A stretch of DNA of 64,000 nt from Ptychomitrium polyphyllum (lineage: Eukaryota). The position numbers were made by a program, and so were the translations under genes. Every line of letters starts with the position of its first letter. The stretch's first letter is position 1. The DNA lies in contig OZ316775.1 of the NCBI GenBank assembly GCA_973851085.1, positions 7,192,001-7,256,000 on the forward strand, given 5' to 3'. This document shows positions 27,506 to 40,445 of this stretch, piece by piece. Below the pieces are notes generated by a model. It did not search any database. It worked only from the letters and a program-made list of their open reading frames with translations, and had not been told where the DNA came from.

Positions 27506-30493
27506 TTCAAGGTCCAATATCTTCTACGTCCGGTCTCCGATTCTATCAAGCAATCATCCTATTGTCACAACTCTTTATGTAAAAGTTGCTAGACTTCTTA
27601 AACGTCCAATTTGAGTTAGTGGTCTAGAAAATGTACCTCGTCTAAGGTTCAAAATTTCCAAGTAGTATTTCCATGCACTATGCCAGTTTAAGACAGCCAT
27701 AATTTAAATCAACCCCTAAGTAGCCCCAACTTTTGGATTCTATATCTTCTATCTCCCTTGTCCGCTTTGAATGATTCTTAGCATTCTAGAATCAGTTTGT
27801 TGTAAAGCAATTAATATCTATGACTTCTTGCTTGTGGCTATTAGTCTTTGTAGTAAAAATGTTCTTCCCGTTGGAATCTTTTTCCACATTAGACCCACTT
27901 GGGTCACTTCACCATTGGCACCATAAGTTCTAAAAGTCACTCCAATGTCCCGTTATGCCTTTAGCGTTGCGGAAATTCCTTAAAAAGAGGTTCACAATAA
28001 TTATTGTGCAGCTTAAATACATAAAATAAAATTCTTATTATAATATGATTGCAAAATCCATTAGCATGACATTTAAATTTCCTATTTTTTCATTTTGTTG
28101 AAGAAATGTAGAAATACTTCATCCTATAACAATACATTTTGATTTAAAAATATGTAATTATTCATAGATGACTAAAAATCTTATATAAGATGTAAGAGAA
28201 TAGAAGCATTAATAATCATTCTTTGAAAATAATAATCAACAATACAACACTTGAATAATACTACATATTTTGTGTTTTAAAATGTATGATATTAAAGAAG
28301 GAAAACAAGACAAAATAATTGTATTGAAGGACCCCATTAAAATGTCAAAATCAATGCTGCTCTTTGGCAACTCATTTTTAATTAAACAACAATAGTAACT
28401 AATGAAAACAATGATTAAAATTCAAGTTCCATAGAATGTGTCACTTCTAATAGAACAATGACATTTTAAAATGTAAAGCACCTCCACAAATCACATTATA
28501 AAAGCATGCGAATTTTAGATCTAAGTGGCATTCAACTTCAGGTTTTGCGAGCTCACATACCTGACACGTGTCAGGTAGGAACTATGGAAATTTTATGGGA
28601 ACTCTAGAGAACGCGCTTTACAACAGGTGAGGCTGAACATAGTGGGCTTCTTTTCATGTGCACCTCCGCTTGCTGCCCTCCTCCTTGGATTGTCACACCA
28701 AGGGAGGCCCTTCACGCAAGGCTCCTCACTCCTTCAGAATGTGACTGCATCCATTCCCCTCAATTAGTAAGAAACTGAACGTAAGAAAATGATTCTTCTA
28801 ATCTACACTGCACGGTGAGTTATTATCTGCACTTTGGACGTACACATTGTAGTCAAGCATGCAGAGAAGCCATAATAGTACATTCATCTGGCTGAAAAAA
28901 TCAGACTTTTACAAGACATGCCACACATATCCACTATGGAAAGGGTGGACTTTTCTACTGCTTTATCATGGCATGCCTGTTTTATATTATTAACCTTTCA
29001 CTCTGTATTGAAAATGAAATGCAAAAGGACAAGTTTCCTGGTAACAGCACTCTCATCTAGCCAAGTTGGATGATAAGCAGAACCAGAATATCGTCCATTC
29101 ATTTGAAAGTGAAGGTGGAATGTAAGGCAGTGGATGCCAAGACAGAAGAGTGAGTTGGGGTGTAGAGCTTGTGATTTGCTAGGAATAAAGGAGGCTGAGT
29201 CTCCAAGATTTCTAATTATGAGCATTCTTAAATTCTTTTACACTGTGTCTATAAAGATTATAGACACAGTTAAAGTGCTTTACATTTTTCTAATATGATT
29301 CATTAAAAAAAATTATTTTACTAGATAGCAACCATGTACAAATGCTGAAAGTCATGATTATACATGTTTTTTTTATTAGTAATCTACCCCAAGTGTTGAA
29401 AAATGTCATGTTAATTCCAATAAAATTCTATTGTGTCAATCCTTGTTAATCAAATAATTTGAGGTTAAATTAGCCAAAATTCTAGAGTATGTTCATATTT
29501 AAGCAAGAATATGGCAATTGATACAAGTGATTGATGCTATTTTGGATTTACATATTTCTAAATAACTACTTCTCTACATTAGAAAGCATAAAATATGGTC
29601 TCTTTATGATCTTAATATTGATATCACGTTGTTCAAAGATTTATTATACAACATTGGTATGTATAGTATCTAATCAACATGCAATTTTAGTACCATAATT
29701 ATGTAGGAGGTTTGTTATCTTCTTGACAAATGTTTTGACAATTTCCAAAAAATATTAGAATAAATATATTTAAATTCATTTTTCTTTTACAACTTTCTCC
29801 AACAACTTTATTATCTTCTTAAAGAATCAATTAATGACCAACATGCTATGTAATTATGACATTGTACATGGAGAAAGAATATGACCTCAACATTCTAAAT
29901 AATTCATGGATATACTACACAACCTTGCTATAAGATAATCTAATTGTTTCATTTCTATGAACAGAGGTGAAAATATTATACTGGTGTGACTTCAAGATGG
30001 AACTGTGGACAATTAGATTTGAATTTACATACACGTATTTACACCAACACAACAAAGAGAAAAATGTTCCAGATTTTAGGTTTGTCAATAACCCCTTTGG
30101 AACTCAAAGAGTTAAAAAGTTAAAGGAAAAAAGACAATTGCCTAAGAACAGAACATCCATCTTTTCAAATTGGATGGGGAACGAATCCCACACGATTTCA
30201 TCTGTCCAAATTCAAATCGAAGGTGGATTGTGGGATGTTAACCTGGATGGGAACAGCGAACGGACTCGAAGTGGGAGCAGTTTCTACCAAGAACGCAGGA
30301 CAAAGAGAAGAGGCAGGAATGCCAGGCAGGCAGCCATGCTGGACGCTCCGTCCTGGGACGGCTGTTGGCGCGGCAAACGAGGAACCCGCCGCGGTCGCAG
30401 GGCCTCCCGCCAGCCGAGGCCACGGTCAGAAGGACCGGGGAGGGGGTTGGTCGTCTCGCAGGCCGTGTCTCGCTCTCGGTTGTTCTTTGAACC

Positions 30494-30502
30494 AAACCCT
30501 AA
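30494..30502 (+). promoter_or_regulatory. Telo-box (AAACCCTAA) in the NUP1 5' region; others at 2288-2296, 2603-2611 and 60169-60177
   Basis: Exact interstitial telomere motif near gene 5' ends, as known for plant housekeeping genes. Confidence 0.45.
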
Positions 30503-30742
30503 GACAGAAAGCGGAGAGCTCTTTCTTTTCTTTTCGCAAGGAAGGAAAGGAGCGGGCGGGCGCGGGCGCTGCACCAGGTCTGGACGAGGGTTTCACGCCG
30601 TCCGAGTCATGTCCTGTGGAGGCAGGGGAGACACCATACACGTCGTCGCTGCTCCGCGAGCTCGGATTGTTGCAGCGGAGCATTTTGGGACCTCGGGGGC
30701 CCTTTTGTTGTGCAGTTGTAGGTTTTTGTTTTGAGGGAGGCG

Positions 30743-33700
30743 ATGGCGGGAATGGCGTACACGCCCGTGCAGAATGGGGAGAGGTCGCCGTATGGCGGAG
30801 GCGGAGGCGGGAAGATGCGGTCGCGGCGAGCGCCGAAGCGGAATGGAACTCCTTACGACCGGCCGGCGTTGGGGCGGCACGCATCGGCGGGGCCGCAGGC
30901 TGCTGCGTTGATTGGCGCGAACGGGGGTGCGGCGGAGGGAGCCAGGCGGGATGGATGGTTGGGGTCCAGGTTGCTCGGAACCGCATCCAAGATTGTCACC
31001 ACGAGTGCTTCGTATCTGTATTCGTCGCTTTTCAAGCGGCCTGCCGGTGGCGGTATGTTGCTTCTTAATGACGCGGAGAAGCCTGCAGGTGAGGGTTGTG
31101 ATGCATCGTAGTAGGGCGGTTTTGGGACTCGGTGAATTCTGATACGGAGGTTTACAATGTGCCGGTTCTGGAGCTTCTTATGTTAAGAGAGTCTGTGATT
31201 GCGGTTCTCAGCTTGTGATGGGTACATTGTTCAAATTTCGGTGTGTTTAGTGTGATTGTTTCTGAGTGTCCCTTTGTTTGGAGAACGGACGATTGGCCTA
31301 TTTTATTGATTGCCTCGGGGTGCTTTTTGGCTGTTCGGCGATTTCTGACCCAATCTGTTGCAACAATTTCTGTTCGCAGTGGACAATGCTGAAGGACAGA
31401 TGGATACGTTGTCGCCATCAGCTGTTGAAGCTGTAAGCATTTTGTCTTATCACATGTTGAACCTCGAGTTTTCTTACCGTGTACATCTTATATCAATGTG
31501 CTGTGTGTTTCCTAGTTATTTCTCTTTGACAATAGCAAGCTGCGCCGCTTTGCCCTACTTCTGTCGGGTTTCTTCTGTTTTGGTTAGTAAGAATGCATCA
31601 GGTGTGGGGAAGGGTCAGCAAGGCGGTCAGTGGATTCATCAAATATTGTTTATTTAGCTGATAAATTTTGTGCTGTGGACGCTAATTTTTGCAGGAGTCT
31701 ATGGAAGCTGGAAGTCAGCATGGTGAGGAAGAGAAGACATCGGAAGTCGAAAGTTGGATGAAAAGGACATTCCCAAGGTAATTTTGCGTCGTTTCCGTTG
31801 CCATTGCTTTCTATGGCAGTTGATAAATTCAGATATGTGTTCTCTAGTGCTTCTATGGCCGACTGAACGTGTAAGTTAGATTTCATGGCTATTGAAATCC
31901 AGCCTGAACGTTGAGGCTTAAGATCTCACGTCCAGAACGAATGATGGAGGGTACTTCTCGTTCCAATACGGTTTTTCTTGGATTTAGACTTCTCATCGCT
32001 CTGGCAGGGAAGAAGCTGACCGATTGATAGCAAGTTTGAGATCGTATGTCAAGGAGAATGGAACTGCGGAAGAGCAAGTTGATAATGTGAACAAAGAAGG
32101 ACAACGAAGAACCGCTCTTATTAATCAAGTTCCGGCTCTTGAGTGCGCTCCAAGTAATGGGCAGCTTTCCGATGCACAACGGTGGAGGGAAGAACGCACG
32201 AAAGCTCGGCAGGAGCAGAAATCTAACCTATGGTCGGGTGGTTCTGGAAAAGAGAACGGCACCCCTGCTGGGGCTGGGACTTCAGAGGTACAATTGGAGT
32301 GACCAAGAACCCGTCTGAATTACGGCCTTGTCATCGTTCCCTGGCCCTCAATGTCGATCTATGTGATATACCCAAGAAGTAATTCTCTTTTCACAGATAT
32401 GTGTTTTTCTTGCTGGCCTTCCAGGCTGGAGAAATAGTTGCAGTTGATGTCGCCAGAGCTTACATGGGAGAACGAACTACGAGGATAGTTACACCAGCTC
32501 GGATAACCTTCACTCGAGAGAAGGTTTCAACTCCACTACGCCACTCACCAAACCAGCCCTCACCTTATTTACTGAGGAAGCCGCAGGGGACCAGCATCTC
32601 TACCCAGTACGAGTCCGCTAGTGTTGCTATTCCTTTCGGTCTTCCTGCCCCAGGTGGTGTCCGCAACCGAGATAGGGGTTTGGACGAAGATTTGCGAACT
32701 CCACCTATTAGTCGCACAGTTGGGCGTCTACTGCCTGTTGCCCGCTCTAACACATCCAGTTCAGCAATTGGATATCCACTGCCTGGAGAGGTGGGGATTG
32801 CTTGACATGTTGTTTTATGTTGGTTTGAAGTTTCCAAAATTTTCAGATTGTAGAAGTTGTTAACTGTAAGGTCTAAATACAAGCTCCTTTTACGTATTTA
32901 CTTTTCGCAAATTTTGCACATTCTTTAGCAGTTGTTGCAGAAATGTCGATTTGTCATGTTCATTACTACTTATAGGTCTACTACAGGTGGTCTTGGAATG
33001 GTAGCTTAAGTCGGCATGCAATAATGAAGTTATTGGCCGGTTTTGTAGGGGTCGAAAAAGAGAGGTTCCGCAGTTCTAGAGGATAGTGGGTATTCTTCAG
33101 GTGGACCTATTCGACGTTTGAGGCCCAGGTCCTCCTTATATACGCCAAGTCCAGCCAGTGGATTGCAAAGGAGGGGAGGCTTGGGCATGTATCCTCCTCT
33201 CCCAAGGATACTACAGACACCTATCGATGTCAATCAGAAGTCGATTACTTTGTGGAGCCGGAATGTTGATACAGAGGTGGGTACTTGAAATCACATAGCC
33301 ATCAGGTACATGCGTTGACTACGAGCAATGTCATGAATTAATGAGAAAGCTTTTGATTTAAGACCTGCGCTATTTAAATAGTGAATGTTCACTTTCATTT
33401 CAGCACCGTTTTGAAGGCGCTCTTATGAATAGAATTTGTTTGGCCATATCAGGTGAAAAATATCACAATTAATGCTCAGCAACAGGAGGAAACTATGGGA
33501 ACGAATGCGTCTGTCCCGGAACGAGCAAGTGCAACTGCTCGCAAGATTTTAGAAACTTTGGACATGATGACTCCATCTCCGAAAGACAAATCTTTGGAGA
33601 CAGAATTGGCATTGGTCAGGGAGCGTCCACCTACGGAGTTGACTACAAGTATGATCAATGATAAGGCCCGCCAAACTATGGAGGTATATAATGATTTTGA

Positions 33701-36700
33701 ACTAGTTCCTCTTCCTTTGATTGTATATATATTTTTGCAATGATCCTGTATGTTTACAAGTTGTCTTATCTAGTTTGGTTGTTGGTAGTCTTGGGATCTC
33801 CCAGGGTCTCAAGATTTGGAAGAAGCTGGACCTTCAGGACGGGGTCGCAATTTAGAGAATGACCTATTCTCTGCTGCTGGGTTCTCGTGGAAGGGAACTG
33901 AACAGGGCACGAAGGCCAGAGGCAAAGGAAAAGCGTCAGCTTCTACTCCATCACATACTTTTGAAGAGAAGAATGCAGGTATGATTGTTATCTTTGTGAT
34001 AGAATGCAAAAGTACTGTTATAGTTGTTTTATTCAAGTTGGTGGTATGTGGCAGGATTGGTAGGTGTCAGGTAAGTGTGTATCAGTAGTTCAATTATTAT
34101 TGATGATTGCATGCTGATGTGAACTTTTGTTTGTAGAGGATCCACCGTTCTCTTTCCAGGACACAGCTAGGTTGAAGGTATCAGAGTCTAGTTTGGCTAA
34201 ACCAAGTCCAGCTGTTGGAAGGAATGGAGGATTTCAAATCAATGCTGATGTTGATGTGAGTAAACCATTGTTTGTTATTCCAATTGGTGATTTGTGCTTA
34301 GTTCATGTTTAGCCATGATAGTTTTTATTTGAATGTGCTAGAGTTTGCATTGCATGATTAAGGTTTTAGCTTTCAGCTTATTTCTATATTTAGTGTGATG
34401 CTATATCACCCATGCTGAACGATTGGTCATTGTTTAGTTTTTGCCACCGATATCTTTTACAATATTTGCTTGCGAATAGTGTGAAATGTTTGATTTAAAA
34501 TTTAAATTCAAAAAATTAACTGTTTCAGGATTCTGATGAGGAGAGTCGAGGTGCCAATGCTAACGTGCTAACCACAACCATCACAAGCAATGCTACATCC
34601 CTTACGGGAAAAAACATTCCCTCTGGAGCTGGGTTTTTTGATAACAATCCATCCCGATTCTTGAATGTTACAGCACCTATGTTTGGTGCTCCAGTTTCAG
34701 TTGATTCTCAAAGAACTACGCCAGAGACTAATTTGATTGATGGAAAATCTATCGTAGCCTCAGGAGGATTTACATTTCCGTCGTCCAATCCTTTTGGTAC
34801 TTCTCTGGAGCCCCCACCAACACCTAAGCCCTTTCCGTCCCCATCCAACACTGCGCCTGCAACAAAGCCTAATGGCGTGCCTACTTACAAGTTCAACACA
34901 GGTCCTCAGGTCGACAGCATGTTCAAGTTGCCCTCACCTGGGACACAATCACAAGGTGGTGCCGATAACGCACACAGTGGGCAAATGAAATTTCATCATC
35001 AGCTCGATAGTAAACCGGACTCTTCACTAAGGTAAACTTCTTTTGTGCTCGGAATTATACTGCTATTGGTCTTATTAGATTTTAATAACGTGTCAGAATG
35101 GATTGTAGCGTTTCTATTGTTATCACATGGTTAAAGTTCTGAATATTTTGTTTGTGACGTTCTACTTTCGCAGTGAGGTGTCTGTACCTGAGACATCCCA
35201 GTCGTTCTCGACGAATCCAGCTCAATTAACGAAAGGAGAAGCTTCTTTTACATTGGGTTCACAAGATTCTGAAATCTCCAATCCGCCTTCTACCACAACA
35301 ACATTTACATCCTCCACGTTCTCGCTCGCCAACTTTGGTGCTCCTGGTGCAGGAGCTAAGCCTGGTATGATCTTTTTCTGTTATAATTTTGTTTGTTGAC
35401 TTTATTTTTATTCTCGAATGTTTTGTAGCCTTTGGAGCATCTTTTGTGTATGTATTTGCAGTACGACTTAAGTTTATATGCCCGCTGCAATCTGATACTT
35501 TTGTGCAGTCTTTGCAGGTACATTTAATAGTCAAACTACCACTTCTATTCTAGGGAGCTCATCAGCCCAAGTGACGACCTCAGCGTCAAACAGTGAAACA
35601 GGCCTCTTCAATTTCGGCAAAATGCCATCATCATCTCCTTCAGAGTCTACAACTCTGACACCTGTATCTACTGGTGCTGGTCCTACTTTGTTTGGAAGTA
35701 ACACTATGGCATCTTCAGCTGCGAGTACAGCATCCCCTGGGTTTGGATCCTCGTTTGGCATGAATAAATCACCCTCTCCATTTGGGGCAGCTGCCAGCTC
35801 GTCTACAGCACCACCCGTGCATTCAACTACCGCTTCGGTAACTTCGGACGATGGAAACAGGCCTCAGAAGCGAATGTTCGGTCAAGAACAGACTCCCACT
35901 GGGGATGGTTCGGGTACTCCTCTGCTCCAGTCCTTTGGGATATGTAGTTGGTTTCTCTGATACGGTTGTATATTCTCAGCGCTATGCTCTTTTTTCTGAA
36001 TTCTATTTTGCTTGCTTGTGTGGACTGAGTTTTAAGAATGTTCATTATCTTCTAATCATGTTTGGCTAGAGTGATGTATCATGTTTCTTCTATTGCTGAA
36101 GCTTGTTGTCTGTTAATGCAGCGTCCTCAACCGTGAGCTTTGGATTGTCTGCTGCTGCAACTACGTCTACCTCTGCACCAGCAGGAGCTACTTTCTCTGT
36201 TTCTGCATTTGGTCAAGGTGCTAGTTCGCCAGCACCAACATCTAATTCTACATCTTTGTTTGACTTGAAGCCTACCTCGACAGATTCTACACCAACATCG
36301 TCGACACGTTCACTACCTTCAGGGACAGCTGCATTCAGTACCACTTCAAATGCATTTGGTTCATCCCCTATATTTGGCAGCTCAACATTTGGATCGAGTA
36401 GCGCAACACCATCATTTGGCGGAGGTTCTAGCACGCCAGCGTTTGGAGGTTCTAGCACGCCAACTTTTGGAGCTGCAAGTATGCCAGCATTTGGAGCCCC
36501 TAGCACACCAGCATTTGGAGGATCTAGCACACCAGCTTTTGGAGCTGCAAGTACGCCTTCATTTGGTGCTCCTAGCACACCAGCATTCGGAGGTTCCAGT
36601 GCGCCAATATTCGGAGCTTCGAGTGCCCCATCATTTGGAGTTTCAGGTGCCCCAGCGTTTGGAACTTCGAGTGCCCCATCATTTGGAACTTCAAGCGCCC

Positions 36701-37452
36701 CAGCGTTTGGAGCCTCTAATGCCAGTAGCAAACCTTTTGGAGGTTTTAACACAGAAGCATCCGCCCAGCCTTCACAATCTCCTTCCGTCTTTGCTGGTTT
36801 TGGGGATCCAGCCAATTCAGCGTCTGCTTCTTCACCAACAACATTCTCATTTAGTGCTAATGCTGGATCTACCCCAACTTTCAATTTTGGAGCTTCTAGT
36901 GCAGCTTCGCCGACTACCTCCACTGGTGCGTTCGCTTTTGGTGCTTCTAGTACTGCATCACCGGCAAGTCCTTTCAATTTTGGTGGGAAACCTGCGTCTC
37001 CGTTTGGTGCGGGAAGTCCAGCGCCTACATTTGCATCATCCCCAAATGGTGGCATGGGATCTGATATGGAGGACACTATGGCCGATGATGGCCAAATGAT
37101 GGCCTCTTCACCACCTCCTCAACAGCAAACTTCTCTGTTCGGAGCTCCTCAGACTCCAAGTTCAGGTACTTATCAGTTCGGTAATCCTGCTACCCCAGTC
37201 GCTACATCTTCTCCTGTCTTTGGTGGATTTGGAAATACAAATGCTGCTGCAGGAGCAAATCCATTTGCAGCAACGCCTCAGCAGTCAACTCCTGTTGCTA
37301 ATCCTTTTGCGGCATCGTCCCAGCAAGGACAACCTCTTAATTTTGGTGGAGGCGGCTTTGCCCTTGGGTCATCTGGGCAAGAACAAGGTGCAAAACCTGC
37401 TGGCCGGAAGTTTATTAAAGCCAAAAGGGCAGGCAGCGTCAAAAGGAAGTAA
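30743..37452 (+). CDS. NUP1: Nuclear pore basket FG nucleoporin, NUP1/NUP136-like, multi-exon
   Basis: N-terminus [24 protein letters not shown]...[29 protein letters not shown], central [24 protein letters not shown]-rich last exon and C-terminal [16 protein letters not shown]. This resembles plant NUP1/NUP136. Internal exon boundaries are partly uncertain. Confidence 0.88.
36400..36717 (+). repeat. Coding 24-bp tandem repeat (S[T/A]P[A/S]FGxx octapeptide, ~13 units) in NUP1
   Basis: [96 protein letters not shown]. Confidence 0.9.
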
Positions 37453-38685
37453 ACGGTCTTCAGTTAGAATGAATGTTTTGGAAATCCTTAGGATAATTGT
37501 TGGCAGTCTAGATCATCAGGGTGTACTTGAAACGAATTGCCGAAGTCGGGGAGAGAGAGATGTGAGCATTGTAGAGAAGAGTTTTAGAAATTGAGAAACT
37601 AAGGATCCGAGTACAGTCTATTCTCTATATATTTTAGTTGTATAACTGTTATTTTTCTGTAAGCTTAAGTTTTCTTGCTCCCTTTCAAATATGCTAGTGA
37701 AGTGCTATTTGATATGTTGCAACTTGGAAATTCCTTTGGTAAAGTTAAATGGTTGTTTAATAGATGTGCATGACTGTACATGTACAACCCATTCAATTTG
37801 GAAATTGTTTGTTATGATTAATTTCAGTGAACAATTTTCATCTCCCAATTAATTTTAAAGTTCACGTTAAAAGTCTTAAGAGGCCGTTGGTTCGTTTTAT
37901 TGTAGAGACCAATTCCGTACGTTGCAGCAGTTTCTTCTGCAAAGAGATGCTAAATTAGCTTGGAGAGAATTGCTACAGAACCCCGATTTGAAGTGGATCA
38001 CAAGTTCTCTACGAATGCTAATCAAATTTGAATGTCAGAAGCATCCACAAGAAACAATAAACTGTTTCTGCGCTCAACTGTAGACCTGAGGGAATGTGCA
38101 TAATAATACTAGAGAAGCGTTATTAACCCCTTAGCATCCAAGGCATAAACCAAAATAGCACTTTCTACTTCCCGTTGATATGGAAATGGATACTCTGGTC
38201 CAAGTGGGCAATTAGGGAATATGTAAAGCAAACTTTTTAGCGATTGCTTTCCAAACTTTTTTTTAAAGAAACGAAATACTTACTTCAACGATTCGAACAA
38301 AAGCACATAAAGCACTTTTGTATGCCAGCAAAGGTGATTGATATATTGTTCTATTTGCACCCTGCATAAATCTTGGCAAAAATCTGCAAAATGTAAGGTA
38401 CGTTCTAGGCAATCTGTAACCTTGATCTATCATGGAGCCATGGACTGGAACACAAGTGTAAAGTGAACATTAAATGAAATCACATTTCTTGCTCTAAAAC
38501 ACAAATACTAAATGTACTATCTTCTCGTAAATGACCTTTACAAAAACCAAATGAGAATGAAACAACAATGCTATTATTATTTTGTTTTACTTTAAACCCA
38601 ACAACTCACTTTTCAATATAACAAAGTCTTCTTTACATGGAATCTTCACTAATGATGGAATCTATATCCTGCTTGTTGAAGGGGT

Positions 38686-40386
38686 TTATCGTTGAAATAA
38701 ACTGGACACTGGCGTGATTACTTTAAATGCCAGTCGCACTAAACGAATAGCACGCATTAGCAAAAGCACCATCGCAAAGAGAAGCGCCACTCGCACAATC
38801 AGAATTTCTCTAGCTCGCCACTTAACTAATTGCTGAACTGATACTACCTGCGTGTTTGCTGCCTTTTGCCAGGGCTGAATTCGTGGCAATACTCTAGTCA
38901 CAACCCTCAAGATTGCTCGCTGCAACTCCACTTGAAACCTACAAATTGACGTTGCACAATACCAGTTCCATTTAAATAAACTTCAAATACTGACCACGTT
39001 ATACGTATGAATGAACACATTGCTTGGTCTGATAAGATATGAACTTCCACAACAATGTAAAAAAGGAGCATAACCGTACATATTAGTTCTAGAAACTTCG
39101 GAACAAAGCTGTGCAGCAGCTGCCATTTCTGGAATACGTTCAATGGAAAAGCTTGAAAGAGCGCTTGCTATACGATTCATTACATCAGAACCATCATGTT
39201 GGCTTTGTAAAGAGGCTTGTAGCAGCCGATCCAACACTAGACAATCCTCTAGCGCCAAGCCTGTTCCCAAGTGAGTGACATTCAGCAATGAATGAGCAGC
39301 GTCGCCCAATAAAACCTGTAGCAACGAAAATAACTAATAGAAAAGTCAGAGTCAATCATAAAATTCTGCCAAGATCTGCTGAGTAAAGCAATAAAAAAGG
39401 CAGATTTATCACATAGGAAAAGAAAGCAACACATACAATTTGCTTGTAGTTGTACGATGTCGCAGTAACCGTGCCTTGCAGACGCTCGGGAGCAGCAGCT
39501 AAGCATGCACTTGCTTTCCCGTCCTCGTTGAAAAATTCTGCCAACTGCCCAGAAACTGTCGATTAATGTATTGTATCCAAAATAAATGATGATGAGAAAC
39601 ACAATATTATCTTAACCTTTCTGGTAATCAATGTTGATCGAGCATACCTCAGGAAACGCTTCCTGCATTTCCAGAGAAACCTCAGCAGCAGTAGAGCCCC
39701 GGATACCCTGAAGTGTCAACCCCATGGTTCCATCGCGGTTCGGAACACCCCACATCAGCTTTGCCCTTCTTGCAACGACAAGCATGCTAGGACCATGCCT
39801 GTTCCCAGCCTCGTCCACTTGCTCGCCCACCACATCGACAGGCAGTCTGAGCCTGATCCACACATCCGTCAGCAACCCCGCGTTCAGTGTCCTTCAAACT
39901 CAACGCCAACCTGCGTGATAAGCGCTGCTTACATCTAAGTAAACCTCGATCCTCACATAACAATCAACAAAAATTCCACAAGTACTTGATGGATTACCGT
40001 ATGTGACGGCCTGCAGGCACAGAGTGCAAAGTTGATCTGAAACTGCCAGTCTTAGTCTCCAATTCAGCTCTCGTTCTGGAGTGAAGCCCATCGGCTCCAA
40101 CTACGAGACCGGCTGTCACCACAATCTTGTTCTGAGTATTCGAATCCTGAGATTCACTTGCAGGGCAGAACTCGACCACAGCGTCCTCGGGGTCCAAAGA
40201 TTGCAAATCCCATCCGAAATGGTAGGAAATCTTCCGAGGGTACTTGCGCATCCCTGCATTGATCAACACGGAAGCTAGTTTCGGTTGTGTAATGGCCAGC
40301 AACTCGTACCCGTACGGCTGATACTTCGGCCTCAATCCGCCACCTGCACACCGAACCCAAATTGCACTGAAAACCTTAAACCCTAG

Positions 40387-40445
<59 letters not shown>

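Larger units (their letters stand above)
15057..27999. mobile_element. Old, degenerate solo LTR split into three pieces (15057-15234, 25870-26358, 27506-27999) by later insertions
   Basis: The three pieces align colinearly with the intact solo LTR at 26359-27505 (start TGTCGCAACCC; end aagaggttcacaata vs gagagatgcgcgaca). Flanks ATCAT / ATTAT form a near-perfect 5-bp TSD. Confidence 0.85.

Noticed and set aside
28885..28945. HLAEKIRLLQDMP, weakly bHLH-like
   Set aside because: Too short, preceded by in-frame stops, and lacks a basic region or second helix.
29138..29158. agacagaagagtgag, partly similar to miR156; also a miR529-like string at ~52958
   Set aside because: Several mismatches and no complementary star arm visible nearby.
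29967..31068. 255-aa and 281-aa ORFs at the NUP1 5' end
   Set aside because: GC-rich shadow frames; the conserved NUP1 frame starts at 30743.
36213..37099. 287-aa antisense ORF and 249-aa alternative-frame ORF over the NUP1 last exon
   Set aside because: Explained by low-complexity Ser/Ala/Gly/Pro/Phe repeat codons that lack stops in other frames.
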